The position numbers and the translations under genes are program-made. A stretch of DNA of 64,000 nt from an uncultured delta proteobacterium (GTDB taxonomy: Bacteria > Myxococcota_A > Polyangia > Polyangiales > B10-G4), in NCBI GenBank assembly GCA_963727445.1, contig CAVSGI010000009.1, positions 256,001-320,000 on the forward strand, in the 5' to 3' direction. The notes under the pieces were generated by a model. That model saw only the letters and a program-made list of their open reading frames with translations, made no database searches and was not told where the DNA came from. Of the stretch, positions 37,450 through 46,999 are shown piece after piece (position 1 is the first letter of the stretch; each line of letters starts with the position of its first letter).

Positions 37450-38409
37450 ATGAGCTTCCTTCAACGCACGGCGCTGCTCTCGTCGACCATCGTGATCATC
37501 AGCGCGACGCTCGGCTGTGGCTCACGCCGGGGCGTCGTCAGCGACACGGGGGTCGCTCGCGACGCCTCGATGGATGGCGCCATCGGTGACGGTACGGTGG
37601 GCGACAGCGCATCGAGCGATGGCGCGGCGGACACCACGGTGGGTGACGGGTCCCTCGACAGCGAAACGCCGGGCGACGGGGGCGCGCCCTACATCGGTGA
37701 AGAGTGCTATCCCGACGACGCCTGCTGGAGCGGGTGTGGTGAGGACGCGCCGGTGCGCGACTGCGCGGCGGCCTGTCCGGCGGCCGGTCGGCAATGCTGG
37801 GAGGGTTGTCGTCGAGAGTTCATCTCGCTCGCGGAGTGCACGACGCTCTGTGGGTTCGACGGACCGGGCTCCCAGGCAGGATGCGCCGAGCTGTGCTCGG
37901 AGTATGGCGAGACGCTGGCGAGCTGTCGGTCACTTTGTGGCGACCTCACTAGCAACTGTGGCCAGGCGGCCTGCGTCCAACTCTGCCGAAACGAGGAACT
38001 GACGGCGGCGGAATGCGTCGCGGCGTGTCCCGCCTTCGATACGCCGTTGGGTATCGGCTGGTGCTACACCGCGTGCCTCGGAAACACCCCGGCCGCGGAG
38101 TGTCGCTCACTCTGCGGCGGCGCGGGGACGACCTGCGGAGAGAGCGGGTGCTGGCAGATCTGTGACGACGCCACCCCGCCGGCCAGCTGCGCGAGCACGT
38201 GTGGAGTGACGACGGCGTGCGGGATCGGTCGCTGCTACTTGCACTGTGGAAGAGCGGGGCTCGATTTCTCGGTGTGCCGCGAGACCTGCGGGTACGTGGA
38301 GGGGACTTGCGACTGCCTCTTCAGCGGCTCGGTTCGCGAGACGTGCATGGACGCCTGCCTCGAGGCGGGCGAGACCGGCACTCTCTGCGACATGATTTGC
38401 GCGCCCTGA
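37450..38409 (+). CDS. Cys-rich lipoprotein with repeated CxxxC units
   Basis: Lipobox TLGC, D/G/S linker, regularly spaced CxxxC pairs. Confidence 0.8.
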   Translation: MSFLQRTALLSSTIVIISATLGCGSRRGVVSDTGVARDASMDGAIGDGTVGDSASSDGAADTTVGDGSLDSETPGDGGAPYIGEECYPDDACWSGCGEDAPVRDCAAACPAAGRQCWEGCRREFISLAECTTLCGFDGPGSQAGCAELCSEYGETLASCRSLCGDLTSNCGQAACVQLCRNEELTAAECVAACPAFDTPLGIGWCYTACLGNTPAAECRSLCGGAGTTCGESGCWQICDDATPPASCASTCGVTTACGIGRCYLHCGRAGLDFSVCRETCGYVEGTCDCLFSGSVRETCMDACLEAGETGTLCDMICAP

Positions 38410-38886
38410 TTCGAGGATGTGCCGTCCGCCGTCGGTAGCGTGCAGTAGATGCCCATCAGCTCTCCGGCCAGGCGGCCCATCTCTCCCTCGCGCAACCCAC
38501 ACCCGCCAACGAAGCGGCGCAGACAAGAGCATCCCAAGACCGGATCTGCATGGGGATTGGGATGTCCCAAGACCCGATCGCGTCGATGACCACGTAAGGG
38601 CAAATTGGGGGAAGCCTCCCGAGCTCTTCTCGCACGAACGCGCTCGTCGGCCCTGTCGAGGAGCGGAACACGAAATGTGGGTCACCGAGCACTTTGTAGT
38701 GAATCGTAGGCGAGGAGCCGCCGTCCATCCCGGCGTCGTTGGAGAGGCGTGGCGGGTGCATGGGGCATCGGCCGCGAACGACCGGAGCGCGACGCGAGCA
38801 GCGTCGAGGCCACGGCCGGGGTGCACCTTGCGGGAGGAGTGCCCTTTCCAGCGGCGGTTTCCAACACGCATCGAGAGAATCCCGCA

Positions 38887-39162
38887 ATGAAAAAGTACAT
38901 TACCTTTCTCGCCTCCCTTCTCATCACCTTCACCGTCCTCAGCGGCTGCGGAAAGTCCGTCTGCGAAGAGATCGTCGACAAACAGGTCGCGTGCGACACG
39001 ACAGGCCTCGCCAGCGCCTTCCGCGGTGCCGCCGTCTCGGCCTGCGAGCAGTCCGACAACAGCAACGCAGACCTCGAAGCCTGCAACGACTGCCTCGAAG
39101 GCAAGAGCTGCGAGGAGATGAGCGAATGCGACACGGTCTGCGACTTCGGTAGCGGCAGCTGA
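38887..39162 (+). CDS. Small Cys-rich lipoprotein
   Basis: MKKYITFLASLLITFTVLSGC lipobox; acidic Cys-rich mature part. Confidence 0.8.
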   Translation: MKKYITFLASLLITFTVLSGCGKSVCEEIVDKQVACDTTGLASAFRGAAVSACEQSDNSNADLEACNDCLEGKSCEEMSECDTVCDFGSGS

Positions 39163-39499
39163 GGCGAGGGCGCAGCGCCGATACTCCGCATTTCCTGCAA
39201 CGCGGGGGATGCGACGATCGACTCGGTCGTGAACGCAGCGCCCGACGGGCCCGCAGAGGACACGGGCCCGTCGAAGTGCGCATTCCGGCGCGCCTTTCGA
39301 TCGATCCGATTGCAGAAGCTCGGTCTGCGGCGTCAACGTTGGAAGCAGCTTTGGTGTCGGCCTCGTCGCTTCTGCTATGGCGACGGCCTCGCGTGAGCAC
39401 TCCGAGGACCAAGTCGGTGGCGCCAGTCCGCCTCGCGCTCGCGCTCCCCGAGCCCAACGGAGCCCGCGCTCGACCTGCGGGTCCACGCCATCGCGCGGG

Positions 39500-39688
39500 C
39501 GGTTCGAATCTCTGGCAGTGGCAGGGTCAGTCCTCGAATCTCGGCCCCAACGACACGCGCGTCGTCGTCGACGACCGCTTCACCCCCGACGGCGAGCTCT
39601 GCCCATGTGGGTGATGCATCGCGACGAAGAGGGCGCCGTCATCCGCGATGGCGAGGTCGAGCGGGAAGAGCCCTTCGGCGGTTCGTGA
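39500..39688 (+). pseudogene. Frameshifted C-terminal gene fragment of unknown family
   Basis: GC3-biased frames ...NLGPNDTRVVVDDRFTPDGE / LPMWVMHRDEEGAVIRDGEVEREEPFGGS*; no start. Confidence 0.4.
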
Positions 39689-39758
39689 CCAGCAGAGCAG
39701 CCGGCGGCTCCCGCCGAAACCACCCCCCAACCGAACGCGCCGTAGTAGGTTCTTCAGG

Positions 39759-40247
39759 ATGCGAGCCCCCAGCTTCACGCTTCTCGTCTCTGTCATCGCC
39801 GCGTCCCTCCCCCTCGGTTGCACCGCCGACACCACGCCCGGTGGCCCGCCGATGTGCACCGGCGGCGGCTGTACGACCTGCGTAGCGACCGACTGCACCT
39901 GCAGCGGCGGAGGCCGGTGCATGACGGTGTGCGAAGACGGCTGCAACCTGACCTGTTCGGGCTCCGCCGGCTGCTCCGGCGAGTGTGGTAACGACTGCAA
40001 CTTCACCTGCTCCGGCACGGACGAGTGCAACGTCGTCGTCGGTGCGCGCTCCGAGATCACGTGCTCGGGCTCTCACGGGTGCGTGGTCGAGTGCGTCGGC
40101 GGCAACTGCGTGGCTTCGTGCGGCGGGAGCGATGGGTGCGCGATCGTCTGCTCGGACGGTGGCTGCACCATCGATTCGTGCGCCGAGGGCGATGTGCAGG
40201 AGTGCGCCGACGGGACGCTCGTCTGCGCGCGCGCCTGTCCAGAGTGA
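39759..40247 (+). CDS. Cys-rich repeat lipoprotein
   Basis: Lipobox PLGC; repeated C-xxx-CSG-xxx-C units. Confidence 0.8.
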   Translation: MRAPSFTLLVSVIAASLPLGCTADTTPGGPPMCTGGGCTTCVATDCTCSGGGRCMTVCEDGCNLTCSGSAGCSGECGNDCNFTCSGTDECNVVVGARSEITCSGSHGCVVECVGGNCVASCGGSDGCAIVCSDGGCTIDSCAEGDVQECADGTLVCARACPE

Positions 40248-40370
40248 GCCTCGAGCGTCCGACGCTCCCACCGGGTCATGCCGTCGATGCGATCGAACCT
40301 TCGTCGAAGAAGGGGACGAGCGGTTACCGCCTCGCCACAGGCGGTGCCTTGGAAGATGCCGAGGCGGAAA

Positions 40371-40590
40371 TCAGTCCCGCGACACGATGGTGCAGGTCTC
40401 CGTCTCGGGGTCGAAAGTGATCACCGCGGTTCCGGCGGCGAGCTCGGCCCGGACGCGCTCGCGCTTGGTTTCGATCGGGACGTCCGTGTGCCCATAGTCG
40501 GTGCCTTCCCGGAGCACGTAGTCGTCGATGACGCTGTCGAGCGCTTCGGGGCTCAGGCGCTCGGGAGGGGATCTCGAAAGGGTCGCTCAT
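40371..40590 (-). pseudogene. yheU: YheU (UPF0270) family gene with a +1 frameshift in a C run (possible sequencing error)
   Basis: Removing one C at 40567-40570 gives MSDPFEIPPERLSPEALDSVIDDYVLREGTDYG...TIVSRD*; LREGTDYG is the YheU signature; length 220 = 3n+1. Confidence 0.8.
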
Positions 40591-40722
40591 CGTCCCAGAT
40601 GCTCGTCGAGGAACGGAAGATTGTCGTCCGCCTGTTCTGCCACCGGGAGTTGCGTGGATTGCAGGGAGCTGCGGCCCCCGTTGCTCCGGCGGCATTCCGT
40701 GATTCGCGGCATACCGTGAGCG

Positions 40723-41772
40723 TCACCCACTCGGGTCGAAAGGCTCGGCGCCTTCGATCGCGCGTCGGATCGCCCGCAGAGGTCCCTCACATCGCGAGAG
40801 GCGAAGAAGCTCGACGGGTGAGCCGTGCTCGATCGACGAATCCTCCTCCGTGAACGGAAGGAACGGAGCGCTGAAGCCGAAAATCGTCGTGCATTCGCTC
40901 GGCCGATCCGTCGCAGACGCGGCGAGCGTCGTCGACGCCGCCGCGACGTCGCTGAGGGCGTGGCCGCGAGCACCTCGAGTCCCGTAGCGCTCTGGCTCCA
41001 ACGCGCTTCGCACCGGAGACTGAGTGTCGAACGCTTTCATGTCGATCTCGGAAAGGGTCGAATCGCACGAGCCGTCGAAGCGTGACCGGTACTCGCCATC
41101 CGCCTGCGGGAGTAGCAGGTCGTAGGAGCACGACGCGCCCGATCGCTGGACCACGCCCAGGAGGCTGGCTCGTTTCACCTCGTAGCGGTCTGGTACGCCG
41201 CTGACGACCGACTCCGGGACGTGGATGTGAAAGCGCACCTGCGCAGCTTCCTCCTCTTCCCCGGACGCCGTCACGAAGTTGGCGCCTCCGATGAACGTCC
41301 GACAGCGCACCCCATCGCGCTCCATCGGTCCCACTGAGTACATCTCGGCATGTGTAGCCCTGAGGCCGGGTGTGGAGATCTCCGCGCGCCGTCCGCAGGT
41401 GAGTGCCCCGTCGTCGCGCAGGGGCGCGAGCGTCAACGTCAGGGTCGTGGCATCCGCTTCACGCGCGGTGAACGAGACAAGAGACCGGCCCTCGCAGTCG
41501 GCGCTCGTCGCGACGGAGCGCGGGTCGAGCCTCAATCGGTGCCGCTCCGCCCATCGAGGCCGCGCGATGAGCTCGATCTCGCTCTCTCCACAAGGCGCAG
41601 CTGTGGGTGAGTCGTCTTCGAGCGGCGCGGCCGGGGGGGACGGCACGGTCTCGGACGGCACGGTCTGGGACGGCACGGTCTGGGTCGGCGTCGCTGACGC
41701 GCCATCATCGTCCCCACACGCGACGAGCAACAGAGCGAAGAAACCCCACGCGAGTGCATCGCCGCGATTCAC
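40723..41772 (-). CDS. Hypothetical lipoprotein
   Basis: Lipobox LVAC, TVPS repeats; start uncertain. Confidence 0.6.
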   Translation of the reverse strand: MNRGDALAWGFFALLLVACGDDDGASATPTQTVPSQTVPSETVPSPPAAPLEDDSPTAAPCGESEIELIARPRWAERHRLRLDPRSVATSADCEGRSLVSFTAREADATTLTLTLAPLRDDGALTCGRRAEISTPGLRATHAEMYSVGPMERDGVRCRTFIGGANFVTASGEEEEAAQVRFHIHVPESVVSGVPDRYEVKRASLLGVVQRSGASCSYDLLLPQADGEYRSRFDGSCDSTLSEIDMKAFDTQSPVRSALEPERYGTRGARGHALSDVAAASTTLAASATDRPSECTTIFGFSAPFLPFTEEDSSIEHGSPVELLRLSRCEGPLRAIRRAIEGAEPFDPSG

Positions 41773-42086
41773 GCCCGGAAGAATAGCAAGCGGCGAGCGG
41801 CTTGGCTCCGGGGGTCTCGGGCCGGCGAGCAGAGCGCTCTTCGGTCCGCGCGCTCCGCTCAACGAGGCGGCCGTCGTGCGTAACGAACTCCACGGCCGCG
41901 CCGTAGCCGGTGCCGTCACTCTTACGCACCTTGGCGAGATGGATGCTCGTGCCGTGAGCATCGACGGCTGTCTCGAGGAAGCGGCGCGTGCGTCGCCAGG
42001 AAGAAAGAAAAAGCCTGAACTTTCCCTCTCCGAGGCGTCCAAACTGTCGTGAAAATCCCAGCGCACCTCGTCGTCAGCCGCGACGC

Positions 42087-43514
42087 TCAGATGGCCCGGA
42101 TGGCCATCGCGAAGGTGATCTCGCGCAGGTTGTTGAGCCCCTTGTTGAGCGTGCCGTCGTTGTCCGAGTCACCGACCGCCCAGGTCTCCCAGGTCAGACC
42201 GTCGTCCCTCTGCTGGCAGGCATTGTTGTTCATCCGATCCTGTTGCTGATCGTCGAGCGCCATCAGGAACGCTTGGCCGTTGACCTCGCTGTAGCCATAG
42301 ATGCGCACCATGTGGCCGCTCGTGACCACCTCGCCATTCGGGGTCTGGGCGAGTCGGTTGAAGGCGAGGACGACGGCGTCGCCGTTCTCGAGATGGTCCC
42401 GTATCCAGGGCACGGTCACCGCGCTGCCCATCGCAGGGCTCACCGGATCCGGTTCCACGATCGAATCCGCGCAGTCATCCGGAAGGTCGTCGAGAACGCC
42501 TTGATGCTCGAGCACGACGTCCTGGTTCAAGTCGGTGTTCTCGAGGTAGGCGTAGAGCCCGTTCATCATGCCACCCTGGTTACTGACGTCGAAACAGTAG
42601 GCGATCGAGCCGCCGTTGCAGGTGTCCGTCGCCGGACGCTGCGAGAGCACATCGAGTATGCCGACGAGGCCGGGACCACCGCCGAGACCACGAATGTTCG
42701 GGTGCGGCACATCGAGGCCGAAGGTGCCTTCCAGGTAGGCGAGCGCATTGGCGTATGCGACCGGTCCACACTGGTTCTGCGCCGAGTTGACGTTCTCCTC
42801 AGCCGGCAGGCTCACCGTATACCAACTCTGGACGCCGAGCTCCGGCTCGATCGGCTCTGGGGCGAGGACCGGCGGCGCCTCCGGGGGCTCGGGGGGCAAC
42901 CCATCGGGGGGCGGCACAGTGATGCCCGACGGTTGAGTCATCTGGGTCGTCGCGACCGCGATGGGCAACAGGCGGGCGCGCTCCCACGTCCTGAGGTCCC
43001 GGCCACTGCTGAGCGGCTCGCTGGTGAAGATGACGAGCAAGTCAGTGGTGCGAAGTCGGCTCTCGGTTCCCAGGTTGAAATAGGTACGGACCGGAGGAAC
43101 GAAGGTCGGATCCGCGGCGCGCAAGCGACGAACTCGCTCCGGCCAGTCGTTGTTCGGTTGCGACTGAATCGGCAGGTTGTGCACGACCCATCCGAGCTCG
43201 TTGCGCGCGCTCAGAAAGCCCCGACTCGCGCCTGTCTGGCGCGCGACCGCGATCGGATCGACCGACAGCGCTCCCCAGGCCGACATGCCGCCCTCCTCGA
43301 CGAAGTCGATCTGCTCGACCGCAAATGCGTCGTCATCGAGGACCACCGAGGTGGACCGGGTCGAATCGTCCCGTGACCGCGAAAGGCTCCCATCGCCGCT
43401 GCGAAGAGCGCCACTCTGGAAGCCAGCCTCCCCCCCGGCGTCCGCCGCGCAGCCCCCCAGTCCAGCCGAGGCCAGCAGAATCGCGAGCACTGAATGAAGA
43501 CGATACCGATGCAT
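42087..43514 (-). CDS. Lipoprotein with papain/C39-like cysteine peptidase domain
   Basis: Lipobox LGGC, Pro linker, NQCGPVAYANAL and GHMVRIYGY; RBS-like gaggag. Confidence 0.7.
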   Translation of the reverse strand: MHRYRLHSVLAILLASAGLGGCAADAGGEAGFQSGALRSGDGSLSRSRDDSTRSTSVVLDDDAFAVEQIDFVEEGGMSAWGALSVDPIAVARQTGASRGFLSARNELGWVVHNLPIQSQPNNDWPERVRRLRAADPTFVPPVRTYFNLGTESRLRTTDLLVIFTSEPLSSGRDLRTWERARLLPIAVATTQMTQPSGITVPPPDGLPPEPPEAPPVLAPEPIEPELGVQSWYTVSLPAEENVNSAQNQCGPVAYANALAYLEGTFGLDVPHPNIRGLGGGPGLVGILDVLSQRPATDTCNGGSIAYCFDVSNQGGMMNGLYAYLENTDLNQDVVLEHQGVLDDLPDDCADSIVEPDPVSPAMGSAVTVPWIRDHLENGDAVVLAFNRLAQTPNGEVVTSGHMVRIYGYSEVNGQAFLMALDDQQQDRMNNNACQQRDDGLTWETWAVGDSDNDGTLNKGLNNLREITFAMAIRAI

Positions 43515-43606
43515 TTCCGTTTCTCCTCTTGGGGGCCGACTTAGGCCAGGGGGCGGAGGGGGCCGGCCTGAGGCCCCCAGAACCTGGCCAACCCGCATGG
43601 ATGAAC

Positions 43607-43622
43607 AGCAACGGGCATGCCG
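43607..43622 (-). promoter_or_regulatory. Putative sigma54 promoter
   Basis: Minus strand CGGCATG-CCCG-TTGCT, GG-N10-GC. Confidence 0.6.
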
Positions 43623-43687
43623 ACGCGTTCGCAGCGGTACTGACACCACATTGACTCGCGATTCGCGTCGATGAATGCAGCATCGGA

Positions 43688-43722
43688 ATGGACCAGGTGG
43701 ACCACTGAACCAGCTGGTCCAC
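43688..43722. promoter_or_regulatory. TGGACCA repeat cluster, putative enhancer
   Basis: atggaccag gtggaccac tgaaccagc tggtccac. Confidence 0.5.
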
Positions 43723-43811
43723 GCGCCGCGAACGTCGCTGCTGAGTAAGAGCCCGGTAAAAGGGGGGAGCTCGAAGGAATCGCGACGAGGGCGCGCTTCG
43801 TACACCTGGTC

Positions 43812-44708
43812 ATGAGGCAATGGTGGGTGATCGGGGCGGTGCTGCTCGCGGCGAGCGTGGCGACACCAGTGGCGGCGCAGCGAGGAAGAGCAGGACGAGC
43901 GGGGCACGCGCCCTTCTACTTCGGCGGTCCGCTCGGGCTGCGTGACGCGACGGAGGAGCAGATCGCGGCGCTGCTTCCGCGCGCGGACTGGGTCGACGAT
44001 GTGGATCGAGTCGAGGCGTACGTCCCCGTGTCGGACGCGGGGACCGGCGTGGTCGTTCTCGAGCGGATCCGCGCGACCCAGGGCTCGGACGTGTTCCTCT
44101 GCATCGATCACGACGGCCGCCATCGCTGCGGTGCCTTCGACGTCGGTCGCGAGGGCTGGGAGCTGATCCGTATCGTCCAGCGTGTCGAGCCCCTCGACGA
44201 CGACACCTACGTCGTCGAGTCGGCGATGCGCATGGACGGCGGCAACGGGGAAGGAAGCGGCGCGTATGGGAGCGCCGAGCTCCATCTCGTCGACGTGGTA
44301 GGGGACGATCTCGCCCGCCGCGGCTGGGTGCCGATCAGCGGGATGGAGTGGATGACGATCAACGCATGCGGCTGGGACGAGCCCTGCTACGTTCGACAGG
44401 TGCGCCGCGCGCACATCCCTTGGTCGGTCACTGCGCCGGGACGCTTACGCCTCGGCGCCGTTCGCGCGGAGCGCGTCGTCGCCGACGGGCTCTTTCGCGC
44501 GTACCGGACGCCTCCCGGGCGTTCCCGCGCCCACGGGCCGAAGCGTCTGCGCGGACGCGCCGCGGCCACCGTGCTCGCCCTCGGCTTCCCCGAAGTCCGT
44601 GCGGGCGAGACGCTCCTTCCCGTCGGCCGCGATCTGCGAGGCTGCTATGACGACGAGGGCACGACCCTGACACGCGTCGGTTGCCGCCAAACGGGGAGCA
44701 GGCCCTAG
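43812..44708 (+). CDS. Hypothetical secreted protein
   Basis: Signal peptide ending AAQ; GC3 bias. Confidence 0.65.
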   Translation: MRQWWVIGAVLLAASVATPVAAQRGRAGRAGHAPFYFGGPLGLRDATEEQIAALLPRADWVDDVDRVEAYVPVSDAGTGVVVLERIRATQGSDVFLCIDHDGRHRCGAFDVGREGWELIRIVQRVEPLDDDTYVVESAMRMDGGNGEGSGAYGSAELHLVDVVGDDLARRGWVPISGMEWMTINACGWDEPCYVRQVRRAHIPWSVTAPGRLRLGAVRAERVVADGLFRAYRTPPGRSRAHGPKRLRGRAAATVLALGFPEVRAGETLLPVGRDLRGCYDDEGTTLTRVGCRQTGSRP

Positions 44709-44893
44709 CGCGGACGCAGGTCTGCCACTCCAGTGGCCCTTGCTCCAACGGGTGGCGGCCAGGCGCCTACATCCCAACTATCCTCCCGGCGTCAAGTCGA
44801 GTACTTCGACGTCTCGTCGAGGGCGTGCTGCGCGGCTCTGGCGATTCGGGATCGTCGCGGGTGGCCAGCCACTGGTCCGGGCCGGGCGGCGGC

Positions 44894-45592
44894 TCAAGGC
44901 GTGACGCGGCCGACCGCCGCGTCGCGCGCGGTGTAGAGCGCGTGAAGCGCGTCGGCGACCTTCGCCGGATCGAGCGTCGCTTGTCCGACGTCGAGCGGGG
45001 TGCCCTTGACGATGCCGAGGACGAGGAGCTCACCGACGAAGATGCCCTCCGGCTTCAGCTCGTGGTGGAGGAGGTTGGCGAGCTTGTGCTGCGCGGCTTT
45101 CGCGAGCCCCATGCCCATCGCGCCATAGCGAACGACCATCTCGTTGACCTCGTCCTCATCCAAGGCGAACCCGCCGCCGGTCACCAGGACGGCTGAAGTG
45201 CCCTTCTGCGCGCGCATGTCCTCCAGCGAGGCTTGAAGCGCGGCGACGAGACCGACGACGCCGACGTCGTAGAGCTTGCGCAGGTCCTCCATCGAGGCCG
45301 TGAGGAGATCGCCCGCCACGGGCGCGTAGGCGTTGTAGTGGATCGCGGTGATCGACCCGAGCGTCGCGCGCACATCACCGATCATCTTCTTCACGGCGTC
45401 GGGCTCGCCCAGATCGCAGGCGAAGCCCTTCGAGGCGATGCCCGCGTCGCCGAGATCGCGCGCCCCGGCGGCGACCTTCTCCGCGCTCCGCGCGACCAGC
45501 GCGACCTGGAAACCCTCGCCACCGAACTTGCGCGCCACGGCCTGGGAGATCCCGGGACCGTAGCCGCACACCACGATCGTCTTGGTCGTCAT
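44894..45592 (-). CDS. SDR family oxidoreductase
   Basis: VCGYGPGISQAVARKF, LVARS, YNA, VLVTGG, AKAAQ. Confidence 0.88.
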   Translation of the reverse strand: MTTKTIVVCGYGPGISQAVARKFGGEGFQVALVARSAEKVAAGARDLGDAGIASKGFACDLGEPDAVKKMIGDVRATLGSITAIHYNAYAPVAGDLLTASMEDLRKLYDVGVVGLVAALQASLEDMRAQKGTSAVLVTGGGFALDEDEVNEMVVRYGAMGMGLAKAAQHKLANLLHHELKPEGIFVGELLVLGIVKGTPLDVGQATLDPAKVADALHALYTARDAAVGRVTP

Positions 45593-45613
45593 GATGCGGT
45601 GTTCTACCACAGC

Positions 45614-45793
45614 GCGGACGTGGCTCGCGCCCAGTGCCAGAACGGCGCCGCAAATCGCCGACCTGGTTTCAAGCGCCCTTCACGGCGCCCGGCGTCATTC
45701 CGGCCTCAGGTGCGACTCGCCATCGCTCCTTGCGCCGCGCAGCCCACCATCTGGGCTCGTCACTCCTCCGCCAACCTGGTCACGATCTCCCCC
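45614..45793. mobile_element. Rearranged non-autonomous derivative of the HUH element
   Basis: 45614-45672 matches the reverse complement of 35991-36050; 45673-45793 matches 37041-37060 joined to 37190-37290, including the right TIR. Confidence 0.85.
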
Positions 45794-45845
45794 GCGCCCG
45801 ACTCGACGAAAGCGCGCGAAGCGCGCCATCATCGGCGGGTCGGCC

Positions 45846-46825
45846 ATGTCCAACTTCTTCGAGCTCTCGACGCGCGTCCTTTCGTGCGACCACTGCGGTG
45901 CCCCGGTGGAGGTGCCGATCGAAGGCGGCCAGGTGTCCTGTCGCTACTGCAACGCGACGGTGATCGTGACGGCGCGGCCGGTGATCCAGCCGCGCGCCGC
46001 CACGTCCGCAGACGTGAGTGTGGTGGCGGAAGGGACGCGGCTCGCGAAGCTGCGAGAGCAGAATCCCAACGCGGAGATCCCGCCGCTTCACCTCCTCCGA
46101 CTCTGCTCCGGCCTGCTGCTCGAGACGGACAAGCGCCCGCGCGCCCTCGAGCTCTTTCAGGCCGCGCGAAAGAAGCTCGCGGAGGGCGACGACGCGGAGG
46201 CGGAGCGAGACCTCTACTTCCTGGCCATCCTCTTTTCGAACTACTACCGGAAGGAAGGCGACTACCTGCGCCTCCGCGCCTTCCTCGAGTCCGCCCTCGA
46301 AGCGGCCCCCGCTCCGAGGATCTCAACGCCGACACCGACTACCGAGCGAGCCGGGCGTTTCTCGCGATCGTGCGGGGCGACTTCGCGGACGTCCTCGAGA
46401 CCCTGGGCGAGAAGTACGGCGACGTTCCGATCGCCGGTGACAGCACTGCCATGTGCTCCCTCTACCGGGCGCACGCCCTCGAGATGACGAAGGGGGCCGA
46501 CGCGGCGGCGGGTGAGCTCGTCCGGATGGCGGAGCGCTCCCAAGCCGACTGGTTCGCGACGAAGCGGGCGCGAAAGAACAACGAGAAGACCGGCCTGGTC
46601 CTGTGTCCGGAGAGCTACGCGATCGCCCACAAGAGGCTCCCGTGGTCGAAGACCAGCCCCTACGCGACCCCGCTCAGCTACGCTGCCGTCCTGGCCATGG
46701 CGCTCGGGATCATGGCCCTCCTGGGAGCGTCGACGACCGCTTTGGCCGTCGTCGGAGGCTTGGGTGGTGTCTTGGTGCTCATCATCGCGCGGAAGTGGAT
46801 CGCGATGGGACGCGACAGCGAGTAG
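45846..46825 (+). pseudogene. Zn-ribbon/helical membrane-anchored protein broken by a frameshift or deletion near 46310
   Basis: CDHCGAP...CRYCN N-terminus in one frame; SEDLNADTDYR...two TM segments in another. Confidence 0.65.
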
Positions 46826-46877
46826 CGCCCGGCGCGCTCAGCTCCGGCATCCCCCGCGCGGCTTCGGCCTTCACCCC

Positions 46878-46981
46878 GACGACGGTCCGCCGGACAACGC
46901 GACGGTACGTCCTCTTCCGGCCGGATAGAGAAGGAAAGGTAGCGGAGATCTTCTGGTATTGCCTCGCCGTCGCGGCGAAGA
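46878..46981 (+). mobile_element. ~104 bp internal fragment of the HUH transposase gene
   Basis: TTVRRTTRRYVLFRPDREGKVAEIFWYCLAVAAK; diverged copy of ~36145-36248. Confidence 0.9.
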
Positions 46982-46999
46982 TGCTACCGAGAGAAGAGT

